This document shows positions 1-8,333 of a DNA stretch of 24,000 nt, piece by piece. The stretch comes from Gilvimarinus algae (GTDB taxonomy: Bacteria > Pseudomonadota > Gammaproteobacteria > Pseudomonadales > Cellvibrionaceae). Position numbers and translations under genes: made by a program. The notes beneath the pieces are model-generated. The model was given only the letters and a program-made list of their open reading frames with translations. It was not told where the DNA came from and searched no databases. Each line of letters opens with the position of its first letter. Within the stretch, counting starts at the first letter, position 1. The DNA is taken from the NCBI RefSeq assembly GCF_030518215.1, contig NZ_JAULRT010000060.1, positions 374,212 through 398,211 of the forward strand. The letters are read 5' to 3'.

Positions 1-2
1 AT

Positions 3-641
3 TCACGGCCGCTGCCGGCCGGTCATAAAGGGCGCTTGTGGATCAGTGCGCTGTTGCTGTTGGTGCTACTGTGGCAGTGGGGCAACGCTTTTGGCATTGA
101 ACTCAAGGCGCAGCTGGCCCAGATGTTGATTGAGCGCGCCTGGCAACAAAAGCTCGACGCCCCTGGGCTCAAGGCTGCGCCCTGGCCCTGGGCCGATACT
201 CAGCCGGTGGGACGGCTCCAGTGGTTGGATGAGCGCGGTCGGGTGCAAAAAGACCTCTATGTCTTGGCAGGCGCTCACGGTGAGGCGCTGGCCTTTGGCC
301 CGGGACTGATGGCCGATGCTGTGGGTACGGATCAGCGGGCGCGCGTTATCGGCGGCCACAGGGACACGCACTTTCGGTTCTTGCAAAAACTCAGCAGCGG
401 TGATCGGTTGCGCTGGCAGGGCGCCGACGGCCACTGGCGTACCTATGTGATCAGTCAGCGCAGTATTGCCGATGTGCGCACCGAGGAGTTGTGGATAGAG
501 CCCGCGGCCGATGCGCTCTGGCTGGTGACCTGCTACCCGTTCAATGAGCTGCGCGCCGGCGGTCCGCTGCGCTACGTAGTGCGAGCCGATAGCCTGGAGG
601 CGGTGACACAGCAATATGCCGACGCGGGCGTCAGGCTTTAG
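3..641 (+). CDS. Class GN (marine proteobacterial type) sortase, N-terminus possibly off-window
   Basis: The ORF track starts at a TTG (36), but the frame stays open back to position 3, so the true start may lie upstream of the window. There is an N-terminal hydrophobic anchor WISALLLLVLLW. The sortase catalytic signature is present in order: His in GGHRDTHFRFL, Cys in LWLVTCYPF (TLxTC-like) and Arg in LRYVVRA. The ~200 aa size fits the class GN family. Confidence 0.8.
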   Translation, partial: SRPLPAGHKGRLWISALLLLVLLWQWGNAFGIELKAQLAQMLIERAWQQKLDAPGLKAAPWPWADTQPVGRLQWLDERGRVQKDLYVLAGAHGEALAFGPGLMADAVGTDQRARVIGGHRDTHFRFLQKLSSGDRLRWQGADGHWRTYVISQRSIADVRTEELWIEPAADALWLVTCYPFNELRAGGPLRYVVRADSLEAVTQQYADAGVRL

Positions 642-651
642 CGTCAAAGTG

Positions 652-1539
652 TTAGCGCTTGGGGGAAGTGGCCAGTAGCGGCTTTTCCAGAGCGGGTACG
701 AGCGAGGGGGACGGATGCTCCAGTACCAGCAGCTGGGTATCGCTGCGGCGGATCAGGGCGATGGCGTCGCCAAAATGATGGTGGAGCAATGCGTCCAGGG
801 TGCCATCTTCCTCCACGCGCTTGAGCCCGAGCGCGATACGCTCGGCCAGCTCGCGTTCGCGCGCACTGACATAAAATACCATGGCGTGGGGGTAGTAAAT
901 TAAGGTGTGCTCGGCCACGGTTAATTGCTCGGCGGCCCGGCTGGCGGCGATTTCGTCGGCCGCCTCGGCGATGCCGAGAAAGACGGTGTCGAAGCGGCCA
1001 TAGGCGAGCATCTCCAGCAGGTTTTCGTAGCGGCCGCTGTCGTTCACGGTAAAAGCATTGTGGCGCAAAATATCCGCATCGGCCCAGTGACTGCCCTGGC
1101 CTACCGTGAGGTTGCGCAGCTGGTGCTGTGCGGCGGCCTCGGCAAAGCGCTGCTGGTCGGTTTTGCGAATAATGGCGGCCCGGTAGCCGAGCAGCCCTTT
1201 CATGGTCGGGTGGGGCACCACCAGCAACCTGCCTGCGCGGGTAAAGTCATCGTCTCTGAGGCCAGAGACATAGACGTTGGCCAGCTCACCGTCGGCCACG
1301 GCCTGGCGTCCGCGCTGAGCCCCGAGGTGCTGGTTGTTGACACTCAGCCGATAGGCGGGATATTGGTCGGCGGTGTGATCCAGCACGGCCTGCAGCAGCT
1401 GCGTTTCGTAGGCCGTGCGTGCGTTCTTGCCGCCCCAGAGGGTGACCTCCATGGCGACGGCCGATGTCGCCAATAAGCTCGCCAGGGTCATGCCGGTGAT
1501 CCAGCGCAGCAGGGCGCAAGACCTTTGGGTTACATGCAT
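652..1539 (-). CDS. Exported periplasmic solute-binding-like protein (family-3 SBP-like), orphan
   Basis: The ORF is 310 aa. An internal ATG at 1537-1539 gives a signal-peptide-like N-terminus (MHVTQRSCALLRWITGMTLASLLATSAVA). The body resembles polar amino-acid type binding proteins by eye only. No permease or ATPase gene is adjacent. The start is uncertain (1491, 1539 or 1584). Confidence 0.45.
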   Translation of the reverse strand: MHVTQRSCALLRWITGMTLASLLATSAVAMEVTLWGGKNARTAYETQLLQAVLDHTADQYPAYRLSVNNQHLGAQRGRQAVADGELANVYVSGLRDDDFTRAGRLLVVPHPTMKGLLGYRAAIIRKTDQQRFAEAAAQHQLRNLTVGQGSHWADADILRHNAFTVNDSGRYENLLEMLAYGRFDTVFLGIAEAADEIAASRAAEQLTVAEHTLIYYPHAMVFYVSARERELAERIALGLKRVEEDGTLDALLHHHFGDAIALIRRSDTQLLVLEHPSPSLVPALEKPLLATSPKR

Positions 1540-1680
1540 ACATCCACCCGTTTGCCGCAGAGGCCAAGGACTCTCTCGGCGCATATTTCATTATTGTGAT
1601 GGCTGTTATAGCCTTTTCACGCGTCCTTAGCAAGCTGTGACGGGGTGTATACTTGTTCTCTTTACGCATGGAGATTGCCT

Positions 1681-3432
1681 ATGCCGGCCAGGCGCCAGCT
1701 TGAAGGATTAAAGGTTGCCAGCGCGCTGCGGGAGAGTTGCCTGGAGGAGGGCTACAGCTTCCATAAGCTGCGCGGTGACCTGCTGGCGGGTCTGACCGTG
1801 GGTATCTCTGCAATCCCCCTGTCAATGGCACTCGCCATTGCCATCGGCGTACCGCCCGAGCACGGGCTTTACACTTCGCTGGTGGCCGGTGTGATTATGG
1901 CGCTGCTCGGTGGTTCGCGCTATTCGGTGGCAGGCCCCACAGCCGCGTTTGTGGTGATCTTGCAGCCGGTGGTGCAGGAGTATGGTCTCTCCGGCCTGAT
2001 GCTGACCACCTTAATGTCGGCGGTGGTGCTGGTGCTAATGGCCATCGCCCGCTTTGGCCGCGTGGTCACTTACATCCCCAATACGGTGACCTTTGGTTTC
2101 ACCCTCGGCATTGCCGTGATTATCGCCACGCTGCAACTGCCGGATCTGCTGGGGTTGGTGATTACCGAACCCATGCCCGATTTTTATTTTGCCAAGCTGT
2201 GGATGATTGCTCGGCATCTGGCGACGCTGCACTGGCCCACCTTGCTGGTCAGCTTGGTGTGTGTGGTTACCATGTACGGTTGGCCGCGGTTGAACTGGCT
2301 GCCCATTCCAGCGCATTTGATCACCATTGTCACAGGCACAGCGGTGGCGCTGCTGCTGGCTTATTTTCACTACCCGGTGGCCACCATTGCCAGCTCGTTT
2401 GAATACCAGGCACCGGCTGGTCATACCGTGCACGGCATCCCCACCTTTTTACCCGAGTTCACTTTGCCCTGGAAGCAGCCGGATGGTTTGCCCTGGTCCC
2501 TGGAGATGGTCAGTGCCCTGCTGCCGCAGGCGTTGACCATCGCGCTACTGGGCGCGATTGAAGCACTCTTATGTGCGGTGATGCTGGAGCGTCTTACGGG
2601 CAAGCGCTACCACGCGAACGCCGAATTGTTTGGTCAGGGCGTGGGTAATTTGCTGGTGCCGTTTTTTGGCGGCTTTAGCGCCGCGCCTGAGCTCGCTCGC
2701 TCCACCACCAACTTTCGCGCCGGGGCTGCGACGCCTCTGGCCGCACTGATTCACACCGCGGTGATCGCCGGCTGCCTGATCTGGGCGGCGCCCTATCTCA
2801 AGCATTTGCCCATGGCTTGCATGGGCACTTTGGTGGTGATTGTCGCCTGGCGCATGTGTCACGGCCGGCAAATCGTTTCTACCGTGCGCACCGCGCCGCT
2901 GGCGGACGTGCTGGTGTTTGCGGTGTGTTTTGCCCTGACCTTAATGGTGGATATGGTGGTGGCGATTGGCTCGGCGGTGGTGATTGCCGCCATACTGTTT
3001 ATGCGCGACATTGCCGCCATGACCAAGGTGCGCGACATTACCAAGCAGCTCAAACACGTGCCCCGCCCGCTGCCCGAGCACTGGCGGGTGGTAAAGATTT
3101 CCGGCCCCATGTTTTTTGCAGCGGCGGACAATATTTTTGCCGAGCTGGACGCCTTTGCCAAGGATCAGCGGGGGCTGGTGATGCATATGGACGGTGTGCC
3201 CTTGTTGGACGCCGGCGGCCTCGATGGCCTGACGGGTTTTATCAAACGCTGTAAAAAACGCAAGGTGGAACTGATTTTGTCCGACGTGCAATTTCAGCCG
3301 TTAAAGGCCATGGTCAAGGCGGGCATCAAGCCCGAAAACGGTAACTTTGTGGTCTACCCAACCCTCGCCGAGGCGCTGGAGGCGGTGCTGGATAAATCGC
3401 CGGAAGTGGCGCCGGTAGCGGATCAGGATTAG
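1681..3432 (+). CDS. SulP family inorganic anion transporter with C-terminal STAS domain
   Basis: The N-terminal SulP signature region is LRGDLLAGLTVGISAIPLSMALAIAIGVPPEHGLYTSLVAGVIMALLGGSRYSVAGPTAAFVVIL. There are multiple TM segments. The C-terminal soluble domain (WRVVKISGPMFFAAADNIFAELD...VELILSDVQFQPLKAMVKAGI) is typical of STAS. I chose the ATG at 1681 because GGAG lies 6 nt upstream; the ORF track start at 1645 is less likely. Confidence 0.9.
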   Translation: MPARRQLEGLKVASALRESCLEEGYSFHKLRGDLLAGLTVGISAIPLSMALAIAIGVPPEHGLYTSLVAGVIMALLGGSRYSVAGPTAAFVVILQPVVQEYGLSGLMLTTLMSAVVLVLMAIARFGRVVTYIPNTVTFGFTLGIAVIIATLQLPDLLGLVITEPMPDFYFAKLWMIARHLATLHWPTLLVSLVCVVTMYGWPRLNWLPIPAHLITIVTGTAVALLLAYFHYPVATIASSFEYQAPAGHTVHGIPTFLPEFTLPWKQPDGLPWSLEMVSALLPQALTIALLGAIEALLCAVMLERLTGKRYHANAELFGQGVGNLLVPFFGGFSAAPELARSTTNFRAGAATPLAALIHTAVIAGCLIWAAPYLKHLPMACMGTLVVIVAWRMCHGRQIVSTVRTAPLADVLVFAVCFALTLMVDMVVAIGSAVVIAAILFMRDIAAMTKVRDITKQLKHVPRPLPEHWRVVKISGPMFFAAADNIFAELDAFAKDQRGLVMHMDGVPLLDAGGLDGLTGFIKRCKKRKVELILSDVQFQPLKAMVKAGIKPENGNFVVYPTLAEALEAVLDKSPEVAPVADQD

Positions 3433-3449
3433 CGCCCGGAGGCAAGTGT

Positions 3450-4067
3450 ATGAGCATTGGGGATGGGTGTTTGTTGTTTTTCATGCTGGTGGGGCTGGCC
3501 GCGTTGCCGAGCTCGAGTGTGGCGCTGGTGCTCGGGCGCAGCGCCAGCGGCGGCCTCGCTCATGGTTTGGCCACCGCCTGTGGCATTGCACTGGCCGATA
3601 CGCTGTTTATTTTGCTGGCGGCGCTCGGGCTGTCGGTCGTTGCCACTTACGCGGGCCCCTGGTTTTTTCTGATCAAGCTCCTCGGCGGATTCTATTTGAT
3701 CTGGTTGGGTTACCAGCTGTTCACCCGCCCGGCGCATGTACGCGCGCCTGGAAAAAGCGCTCGTGATAAGCGTTTGAGTTTCAGCCTGCTGGCAGGATTT
3801 GTGTTTACCCTCGGCGATATTAAGGCGATTGTCTTCTACGCCAGCATACTGCCCATGGTGGTAGAGCCCAGCAGTCTTACACTCGCCGAGCTGGCTGTGT
3901 TGGTAACCCTGACCTTGGTGGCGGTCGGCGGCGTCAAAGCCGCTTATGTTTTTCTTGCGCAGCGATGGTTGGCGCCCCCATCCGGCGCCGCGCCGGCTCT
4001 GCCTGCCCAAAAGCTCGTGGGCGGCGCCTTAATGGCAAGCGGTGCTTTTATTGCGTTAAAGCCGTGA
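3450..4067 (+). CDS. LysE/RhtB family amino-acid (or small metabolite) exporter
   Basis: This is a 205-aa polytopic membrane protein with a LysE-type N-terminus (LLFFMLVGLAALPSSSVALVLGRSA...GIALADTLFILLAALGLS). GGAGG lies 7 nt upstream of the ATG. It sits only 17 bp downstream of the SulP stop, so it is probably co-transcribed. Confidence 0.8.
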   Translation: MSIGDGCLLFFMLVGLAALPSSSVALVLGRSASGGLAHGLATACGIALADTLFILLAALGLSVVATYAGPWFFLIKLLGGFYLIWLGYQLFTRPAHVRAPGKSARDKRLSFSLLAGFVFTLGDIKAIVFYASILPMVVEPSSLTLAELAVLVTLTLVAVGGVKAAYVFLAQRWLAPPSGAAPALPAQKLVGGALMASGAFIALKP

Positions 4068-4098
4068 GTATTGCGCAAAGGCGAGTCAGCATTTTTGC

Positions 4099-5043
4099 CT
4101 AGCCAATCGCTCGGTATTGCCGCGCCTTGGTGATCACATCAATCAGCGCGACTATGGCGTAGCCCGCCAGGCCTATGCCAATCCAGGTAGAGGAGAACGC
4201 AAACTCGCGGGCGTGTTCACCAGTGCCAATCACAACGCTCAGCGCACTGTCCCACTGGTAAATAACGGCCAGAATGATCAGTGTCGGCAGGTGCAGTGCC
4301 ATGTCGCCGATGAGTTTGCGCCGCGTCCAGTAAGGAAAGATCAGTTTGGCGACGGCCATGAGCAAGCTGGCCAGCAGCAGGGCGTTGATCCACGGTAGTA
4401 AGCCGATCCACTGCTCCGAAAAAACAAACGCAATGGGATTTTCACCCAAGCTGCGCGGAATTATGCGGTTGAGCCAGGCGGTAAAATACACCAGTACTAC
4501 TACTTCGATGGCCGAGCCGGTGCGGCTGATGTATTCGCCTTCGGCGCTAACCTTGGGCAGGGTGTCCGGCTTCCAGTGTTTAAACAGTTCCGTGCGGTTG
4601 ATGGATTCGCCAAACAGATAAAAGATCAGCGTCAGCCAGGCGAAGCCGTAGAGGCTGGCATTGAGGGTGCTCCAAAAAAGCTGCGGTAGTATTTGCCAGA
4701 CGCGCGGGTCCTGTTGCTGAATCAGCGACAGGCCTGCCAGGCAGATTTGCACGAGGGCGATGGCCATGACCAACCAGCGCAGCAGCTGCAGGTACACGGG
4801 AAAGAGGCTGTGACTCACCAGCGTCGGGCGGGGCTGGAAATCGGCGGCGACGAGCATGGGGTGTCCGCGTTCTTTGAGCAGGGCTTTGATCTCGTCGTCG
4901 GTGAGATCCCGGTTGAGAGTTTCGGCGCGGTAGTCACATTCGTCCTGCAGATCGCTCAGCAGTTCATCGGCGACATCGCCGCGAACCTGCGCCGGCAAGT
5001 AGGATTTAACCGCGTAGGTATAGCGCTCCAGCCAGTTGTTCAT
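4099..5043 (-). CDS. PadR-associated membrane protein with N-terminal HAAS/DUF1700-like helical domain and ~6 TM segments
   Basis: The N-terminus MNNWLERYTYAVKSYLPAQVRGDVADELLSDLQDECDYR...DEIKALLKERGHP is the pattern seen in membrane partners encoded downstream of PadR regulators. It is followed by ~6 hydrophobic helices. Its start overlaps the padR stop by 4 nt (ATGA, 5040-5043). Confidence 0.7.
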   Translation of the reverse strand: MNNWLERYTYAVKSYLPAQVRGDVADELLSDLQDECDYRAETLNRDLTDDEIKALLKERGHPMLVAADFQPRPTLVSHSLFPVYLQLLRWLVMAIALVQICLAGLSLIQQQDPRVWQILPQLFWSTLNASLYGFAWLTLIFYLFGESINRTELFKHWKPDTLPKVSAEGEYISRTGSAIEVVVLVYFTAWLNRIIPRSLGENPIAFVFSEQWIGLLPWINALLLASLLMAVAKLIFPYWTRRKLIGDMALHLPTLIILAVIYQWDSALSVVIGTGEHAREFAFSSTWIGIGLAGYAIVALIDVITKARQYRAIG

Positions 5044-5381
5044 GGTGTGTTCTCCGTAATTTGGGTCAGTGCCCGGTTAAGGCGTTGCCACTCGGTTTGC
5101 ATAGCCGCCCGCGCCGTTTCGCCCGCTTCTGATAAACGGTAAACCCGGCGCTTGCGTCCTTCCTGTACTTCCCATTCGCTGGCCAGCAGCTGCTGGCTCT
5201 CCAGCCGGCGGAGCAGGGGATAGAGGGTGCCCTCGTCCACCTCCAGCTCTCTGTCCTGCAAAAAGCGGCGCAGCGAATAGCCGTAGTGCGGCTTCACCAG
5301 CGCCTCAAGAACCGCCATTACCAGCAGCCCGCGGCGCAGCTCCATGGTGAGCTTGTTCAGTCGTTCGGCGTCATCGTTCAC
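5040..5381 (-). CDS. padR: PadR family transcriptional regulator
   Basis: It has the winged-helix PadR signature: LLVMAVLEALVKPHYGYSLRRFL...EGTLYPLLRRLESQQLLASEWEVQEGRKRRVYRLSEAG. The start is GTG (plus-strand CAC at 5379-5381). It is translationally coupled to the downstream membrane gene. Confidence 0.9.
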   Translation of the reverse strand: MNDDAERLNKLTMELRRGLLVMAVLEALVKPHYGYSLRRFLQDRELEVDEGTLYPLLRRLESQQLLASEWEVQEGRKRRVYRLSEAGETARAAMQTEWQRLNRALTQITENTP

Positions 5382-5393
5382 GTGTCCGGCCCC

Positions 5394-5435
5394 ATACTGT
5401 GTATTGCACAGTATATACTATGTGTCACACAGTAT
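5394..5435. promoter_or_regulatory. Two abutting 21-bp palindromic operators (putative PadR binding sites) overlapping a putative padR promoter
   Basis: IR1 at 5394-5414 is ATACTGTG-TATTG-CACAGTAT, with perfect 8-bp arms. IR2 at 5415-5435 is ATACTATGTG-T-CACACAGTAT, with 9/10 arms. Both share the outer half-site ATACTnTGTG. On the minus strand a perfect TTGACA lies at 5441-5446, so the operators cover the spacer, the -10 region and the start of the transcript. Confidence 0.6.
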
Positions 5436-5543
5436 GTGTTTGTCAAGCGCTGACCAATAAACCGCAGGCGTGTCTGGTAAGTCCTTCATGTTCCGGTAAA
5501 ATTTGGCACCTACCATAAGCACTCAACCCAAAGAGGTATCACC

Positions 5544-5906
5544 GTGAAGCCATTTTTAGCCGCATTGCTGTGCGCCCTGATGCTCGGCGCTTGTTCCAAG
5601 CACGACGATTTGCACGAGTCCATGGAAACCATGGGCGACGCTTTTAAAACCATGCGCGAGAGCAGCGATCTCGACGCGGTCAAAACCGAGTGGGAGAGTT
5701 TTAAAGCCGGCGTCGAATTGGCGCAGATGCAGCAGGTGGCGCCGGAAGATCAGGCAACCTTTGATAAAGGCATGGACGAACTGGCCGAGCGCATGGCCGG
5801 TGTCGATGCCGCCTTGGCAGCGGGCGACCTGGAACTCGCCAAACAGGGTATGAAGCGCCTGGGAGAAGTGCGCAAGGAGTACCACGACAAGCTGGAAGTG
5901 AAATAA
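5544..5906 (+). CDS. Cytochrome b562 family protein, lipoprotein form
   Basis: The start is GTG with AGAGG 8 nt upstream. The signal peptide ends in a lipobox-like LGAC. The mature part aligns by eye with E. coli cytochrome b562: DDLHESMETMGDAFKTM versus ADLEDNMETLNDNLKVI, and RKEYHDK versus RNAYHKK. The Met and His axial haem ligands therefore appear conserved. Confidence 0.7.
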   Translation: MKPFLAALLCALMLGACSKHDDLHESMETMGDAFKTMRESSDLDAVKTEWESFKAGVELAQMQQVAPEDQATFDKGMDELAERMAGVDAALAAGDLELAKQGMKRLGEVRKEYHDKLEVK

Positions 5907-5909
5907 GCT

Positions 5910-6875
5910 TCAGGCGGCTTTGACGCTGTGGGCCTTAAACTGGGCAAACACGGTTAGGCCCCGCGTCAGTTCCAGGCTCTTTACCGCCCGTGGGGTGACC
6001 AGTGCGTAGAGAGGCAAGTCGTTCCAATTGAGCGTGATGATCACACTGTGATGATCCAGAGCCTCAATGTCGATAATCTCTACTTCGAGTGTATTGCCAA
6101 TACTCGAAAGCACCGGCCGTTGGCGGGCAAGGGAGACGTCGTGGGCATCAATGCGGATGCGCCGCGTGTGCGCGGGCAGCGGGCCGGTGTCGAGCGCCTG
6201 ACCGCGAACCTTGAGGTGGCCGGCGCGCTGTTCGATGGGCCAGAGTGCGGCCGCTTCACTCGGCGCTTGCTGCACCTGCCGCTGGTGAGCGGTGGCCAGC
6301 TCCAATAGTTCTCGGCTCTGCCAGAGATAAACACGGTCGCAGCTGGCTTCAATATCCCGCCATTGATGGCTCACCAGAATCGCCGACAGACCGCGCTCGG
6401 CGCAGTAGCGGCGCGCGACCCTGAGCACCTGCCGGGCGGCGGCTTCATCCAGCGCCGATACAGGTTCGTCCAGTAAGACCAGTCGGTGAGCACTGATCAG
6501 AGCGCTCAGCAGAGCCACCCGCTGGCGCTCACCACCCGAGAGTGTCTCGGTATGCCGCGCCAAGAGCGGGGTGACCCCGAGCTCCTCGCACAATTTTTCG
6601 GTTCGCTCTGCGCCGTGCTTTTTCTGCAGCGCATTGATTTGTGAGGCGACGGTTTGCGCCGGCCATAAAAGCGCTCCCTGAGCCGCCCAGCCGAGGCCCC
6701 GCGCCGCTGGTGCCAGCGCAAAGAGGTCCGTGCCTCGGATGCCGAACTGGCCCGTCTTGCCCGCGGCCAACTCGGTGAGCAGTTGAGTTTTACCGCAGCC
6801 GGACGGGCCGCTGATGGCGAGCCATTCCCCTTCGGCCCACTGGCACTTATGACCGCGCGCCTCAAGGTGCCACAT
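5910..6875 (-). CDS. modC: Molybdate ABC transporter ATP-binding protein with C-terminal TOBE/Mop-like domain
   Basis: It has Walker A GPSGCGKT, the ABC signature LSGGERQRVAL and Walker B LVLLDEPVSALD. The C-terminal beta-rich domain is LEVEIIDIEALDHHSVIITLNWNDLPLYALVTPRAVKSLELTRGLTVFAQFKAHSV. It follows modA-modB, and its start overlaps the modB stop by 14 nt. Confidence 0.85.
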   Translation of the reverse strand: MWHLEARGHKCQWAEGEWLAISGPSGCGKTQLLTELAAGKTGQFGIRGTDLFALAPAARGLGWAAQGALLWPAQTVASQINALQKKHGAERTEKLCEELGVTPLLARHTETLSGGERQRVALLSALISAHRLVLLDEPVSALDEAAARQVLRVARRYCAERGLSAILVSHQWRDIEASCDRVYLWQSRELLELATAHQRQVQQAPSEAAALWPIEQRAGHLKVRGQALDTGPLPAHTRRIRIDAHDVSLARQRPVLSSIGNTLEVEIIDIEALDHHSVIITLNWNDLPLYALVTPRAVKSLELTRGLTVFAQFKAHSVKAA

Positions 6876-7524
6876 ACTTCAGCCCCCGCTGGCGCTGCCA
6901 GCCGTACAAGATCACCAGCAAGGCAAAGGAGGCGGCTAGCAAGCCGCCGGCAATGTGATGCGCGCGGGCGAAGTTGAGCGTCTCCACCTCATCAAACAGC
7001 AAAATCGACAGCACCTGGGTTTCACCGGGAATGTTGCCACCGATCATCAGCACCACGCCAAACTCGCCTATGGTATGGGCAAAACCGAGTGCGGCGGCCA
7101 TCACAAACGCCTGGGCGCTGGCGGGCACAATCAAGTGGCGCAGCAGTTCCACACGACTGAGACCCTGGCTGCGCCCGAGCTGCAACAGGCGCGTATCCAT
7201 CTGTGCAAAACTCGCCGCCAAGGGTTGCACGACAAACGGCAGGGAGTAAATCAGCGAGCCGATGACCAGTCCGGTAAACGAAAAGGCGAGCCCCGCTTGG
7301 CTGAACCGCCCCAGCAGTCCGTCGGGCGCGAGCAGCAGCAGTAAATAAAAACCGAGTACTGTGGGCGGCAAAATCAGGGGCAGGGCCACGGCGGCCTCGA
7401 CCAGGGTGCGCCCCAGTCGTGAGCGCCCCTGCGCCAGCCACCAGGCCAGCGGAGTACAAAGTATGAGCAAGAGCGCCGTGGTGACCACTGCGAGTTTTAG
7501 AGTGACCCAGATCGCTTCTGCCAT
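6862..7524 (-). CDS. modB: Molybdate ABC transporter permease
   Basis: The true start is taken as the ATG at 7522-7524 (MAEAIWVTLKLAVVTTALLLILCTPLAWWLAQ...), 2 nt after the modA stop. It has the permease EAA-loop region SQGLSRVELLRHLIVPASAQAF and FAHTIGEFGVVLMIGGNIPGETQVLS, typical of ModB/CysTW-type permeases. The 131 codons upstream in the ORF track overlap modA and are Arg/Pro/Gly junk. Confidence 0.9.
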   Translation of the reverse strand: MAEAIWVTLKLAVVTTALLLILCTPLAWWLAQGRSRLGRTLVEAAVALPLILPPTVLGFYLLLLLAPDGLLGRFSQAGLAFSFTGLVIGSLIYSLPFVVQPLAASFAQMDTRLLQLGRSQGLSRVELLRHLIVPASAQAFVMAAALGFAHTIGEFGVVLMIGGNIPGETQVLSILLFDEVETLNFARAHHIAGGLLAASFALLVILYGWQRQRGLKYVAP

Positions 7525-7526
7525 GG

Positions 7527-8228
7527 TTACAGCGCCGCCAGATAGCCGTGTTGAACAATGAGCGCCTGCGCCGGTGCGGCGAGCAGAAACTCGAGAAAAG
7601 CCCGCGCCTGCGGCGAGTTCTTGACCAGGGCGGCGGCCTGAATCAGTACGGGGGCATCGCCGAGCGGGTACCAGTGCAGCTCGGGTGCCAGGGGCTTGAA
7701 ACTGGCGGCCACCAAGGCACAGTCGGCATTGCCACTGGCGACAAACTGCAGTGCGCTGGCCACCGAGCCCGCCTGTACCTGGCGCGCGCGAAAGGCTTGT
7801 CCGTGTCGACTCAGCCAATGGGCGCCGGCGCGACCGTAGGGGGCGGTTTTGATATTGGCGAGCGCCAGGGTATTTGCCCGGGCCAGGGCGGCTTCGGTAT
7901 CGGCCGCCCAGTGACGGCAAGTGGCCATCAACTGGCCGCGCGCGTAAGTGACCGGTGGTTTGGCCCGACCTCGCTCGGCAAGTGTTTGCGGATAGGACTC
8001 ATCGGCAGAGAGAAACAGATCAAAGGGCGCACCGTGCAAAATTTGCTGGGTGAGCGCGCCGGAGGGGCCACTAGAGAGGGTGACAGGGGTATGGCTGCGC
8101 TCTTGCCACATCGCAAGCAGAGCTTCTAAGGTCGGTTTGAAGTTACTGGCAACGGCGATTCGCAGAGGCTGCTCTGCCAAGGCGTTTACAGAGAGGCCGA
8201 AGAGCAGGCCCAGAATCAGTGTGCGCAT
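7527..8228 (-). CDS. modA: Molybdate ABC transporter periplasmic binding protein
   Basis: It reads MRTLILGLLFGLSVNALA (signal peptide) followed by LRIAVASNFKPTLEALL...VTLSSGPSGALTQQILHGAPFDLFLSADESYPQTL, the ModA pattern. The ORF track start at 8234 is a TTG. I prefer the ATG at 8226-8228. Confidence 0.9.
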   Translation of the reverse strand: MRTLILGLLFGLSVNALAEQPLRIAVASNFKPTLEALLAMWQERSHTPVTLSSGPSGALTQQILHGAPFDLFLSADESYPQTLAERGRAKPPVTYARGQLMATCRHWAADTEAALARANTLALANIKTAPYGRAGAHWLSRHGQAFRARQVQAGSVASALQFVASGNADCALVAASFKPLAPELHWYPLGDAPVLIQAAALVKNSPQARAFLEFLLAAPAQALIVQHGYLAAL

Positions 8229-8278
8229 AGTCAACTGCCGCTGTGTTCATGGAAGCGGTAGTCCGGAACCTACGGCAG

Positions 8279-8301
8279 GCCCCTGAGACACCGGCAGGGG
8301 C
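8279..8301. other. GC-rich hairpin between nrtD and modA (no U-tract)
   Basis: GCCCCTG-agacaccgg-CAGGGGC has a perfect 7-bp stem and sits in the 99-bp spacer between the nrtD stop (8334) and the modA start. There is no T/A run on either side, so it is not a canonical intrinsic terminator. Confidence 0.3.
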
Positions 8302-8333
8302 ATTGTGCCATAGAACGGGTTTGCGAAAATGCC

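Noticed and set aside
66-647. A 193-aa minus-strand ORF that mirrors the sortase gene.
   Set aside because: It is fully antisense to an ORF with clear sortase catalytic motifs. Its product is Arg/Gly/Pro/His-rich with no recognisable motif. This is a typical shadow ORF in GC-rich DNA.
925-1476. A 183-aa plus-strand ORF inside the binding-protein gene. The ORFs at 715-903, 1286-1669 and 1415-1630 are of the same kind.
   Set aside because: They are antisense or out-of-frame overlaps of a longer ORF that has a signal peptide. Their composition is low-complexity Gly/Ala/Val/Arg, and none has an RBS.
7525-7920. The N-terminal 131-codon extension of the modB ORF (the track gives 6862-7920).
   Set aside because: The extension overlaps modA in another frame and is Arg/Pro/Gly-rich. 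The ModB homology begins exactly at the ATG at 7522-7524, 2 nt after the modA stop.
8235-8333. I looked for a molybdenum-cofactor riboswitch or a ModE operator upstream of modA.
   Set aside because: The spacer is only 99 bp. It contains no AT-rich TATAT-N7-TAYAT-like dyad and nothing I can match to the Moco RNA motif. Only a simple GC hairpin is present.
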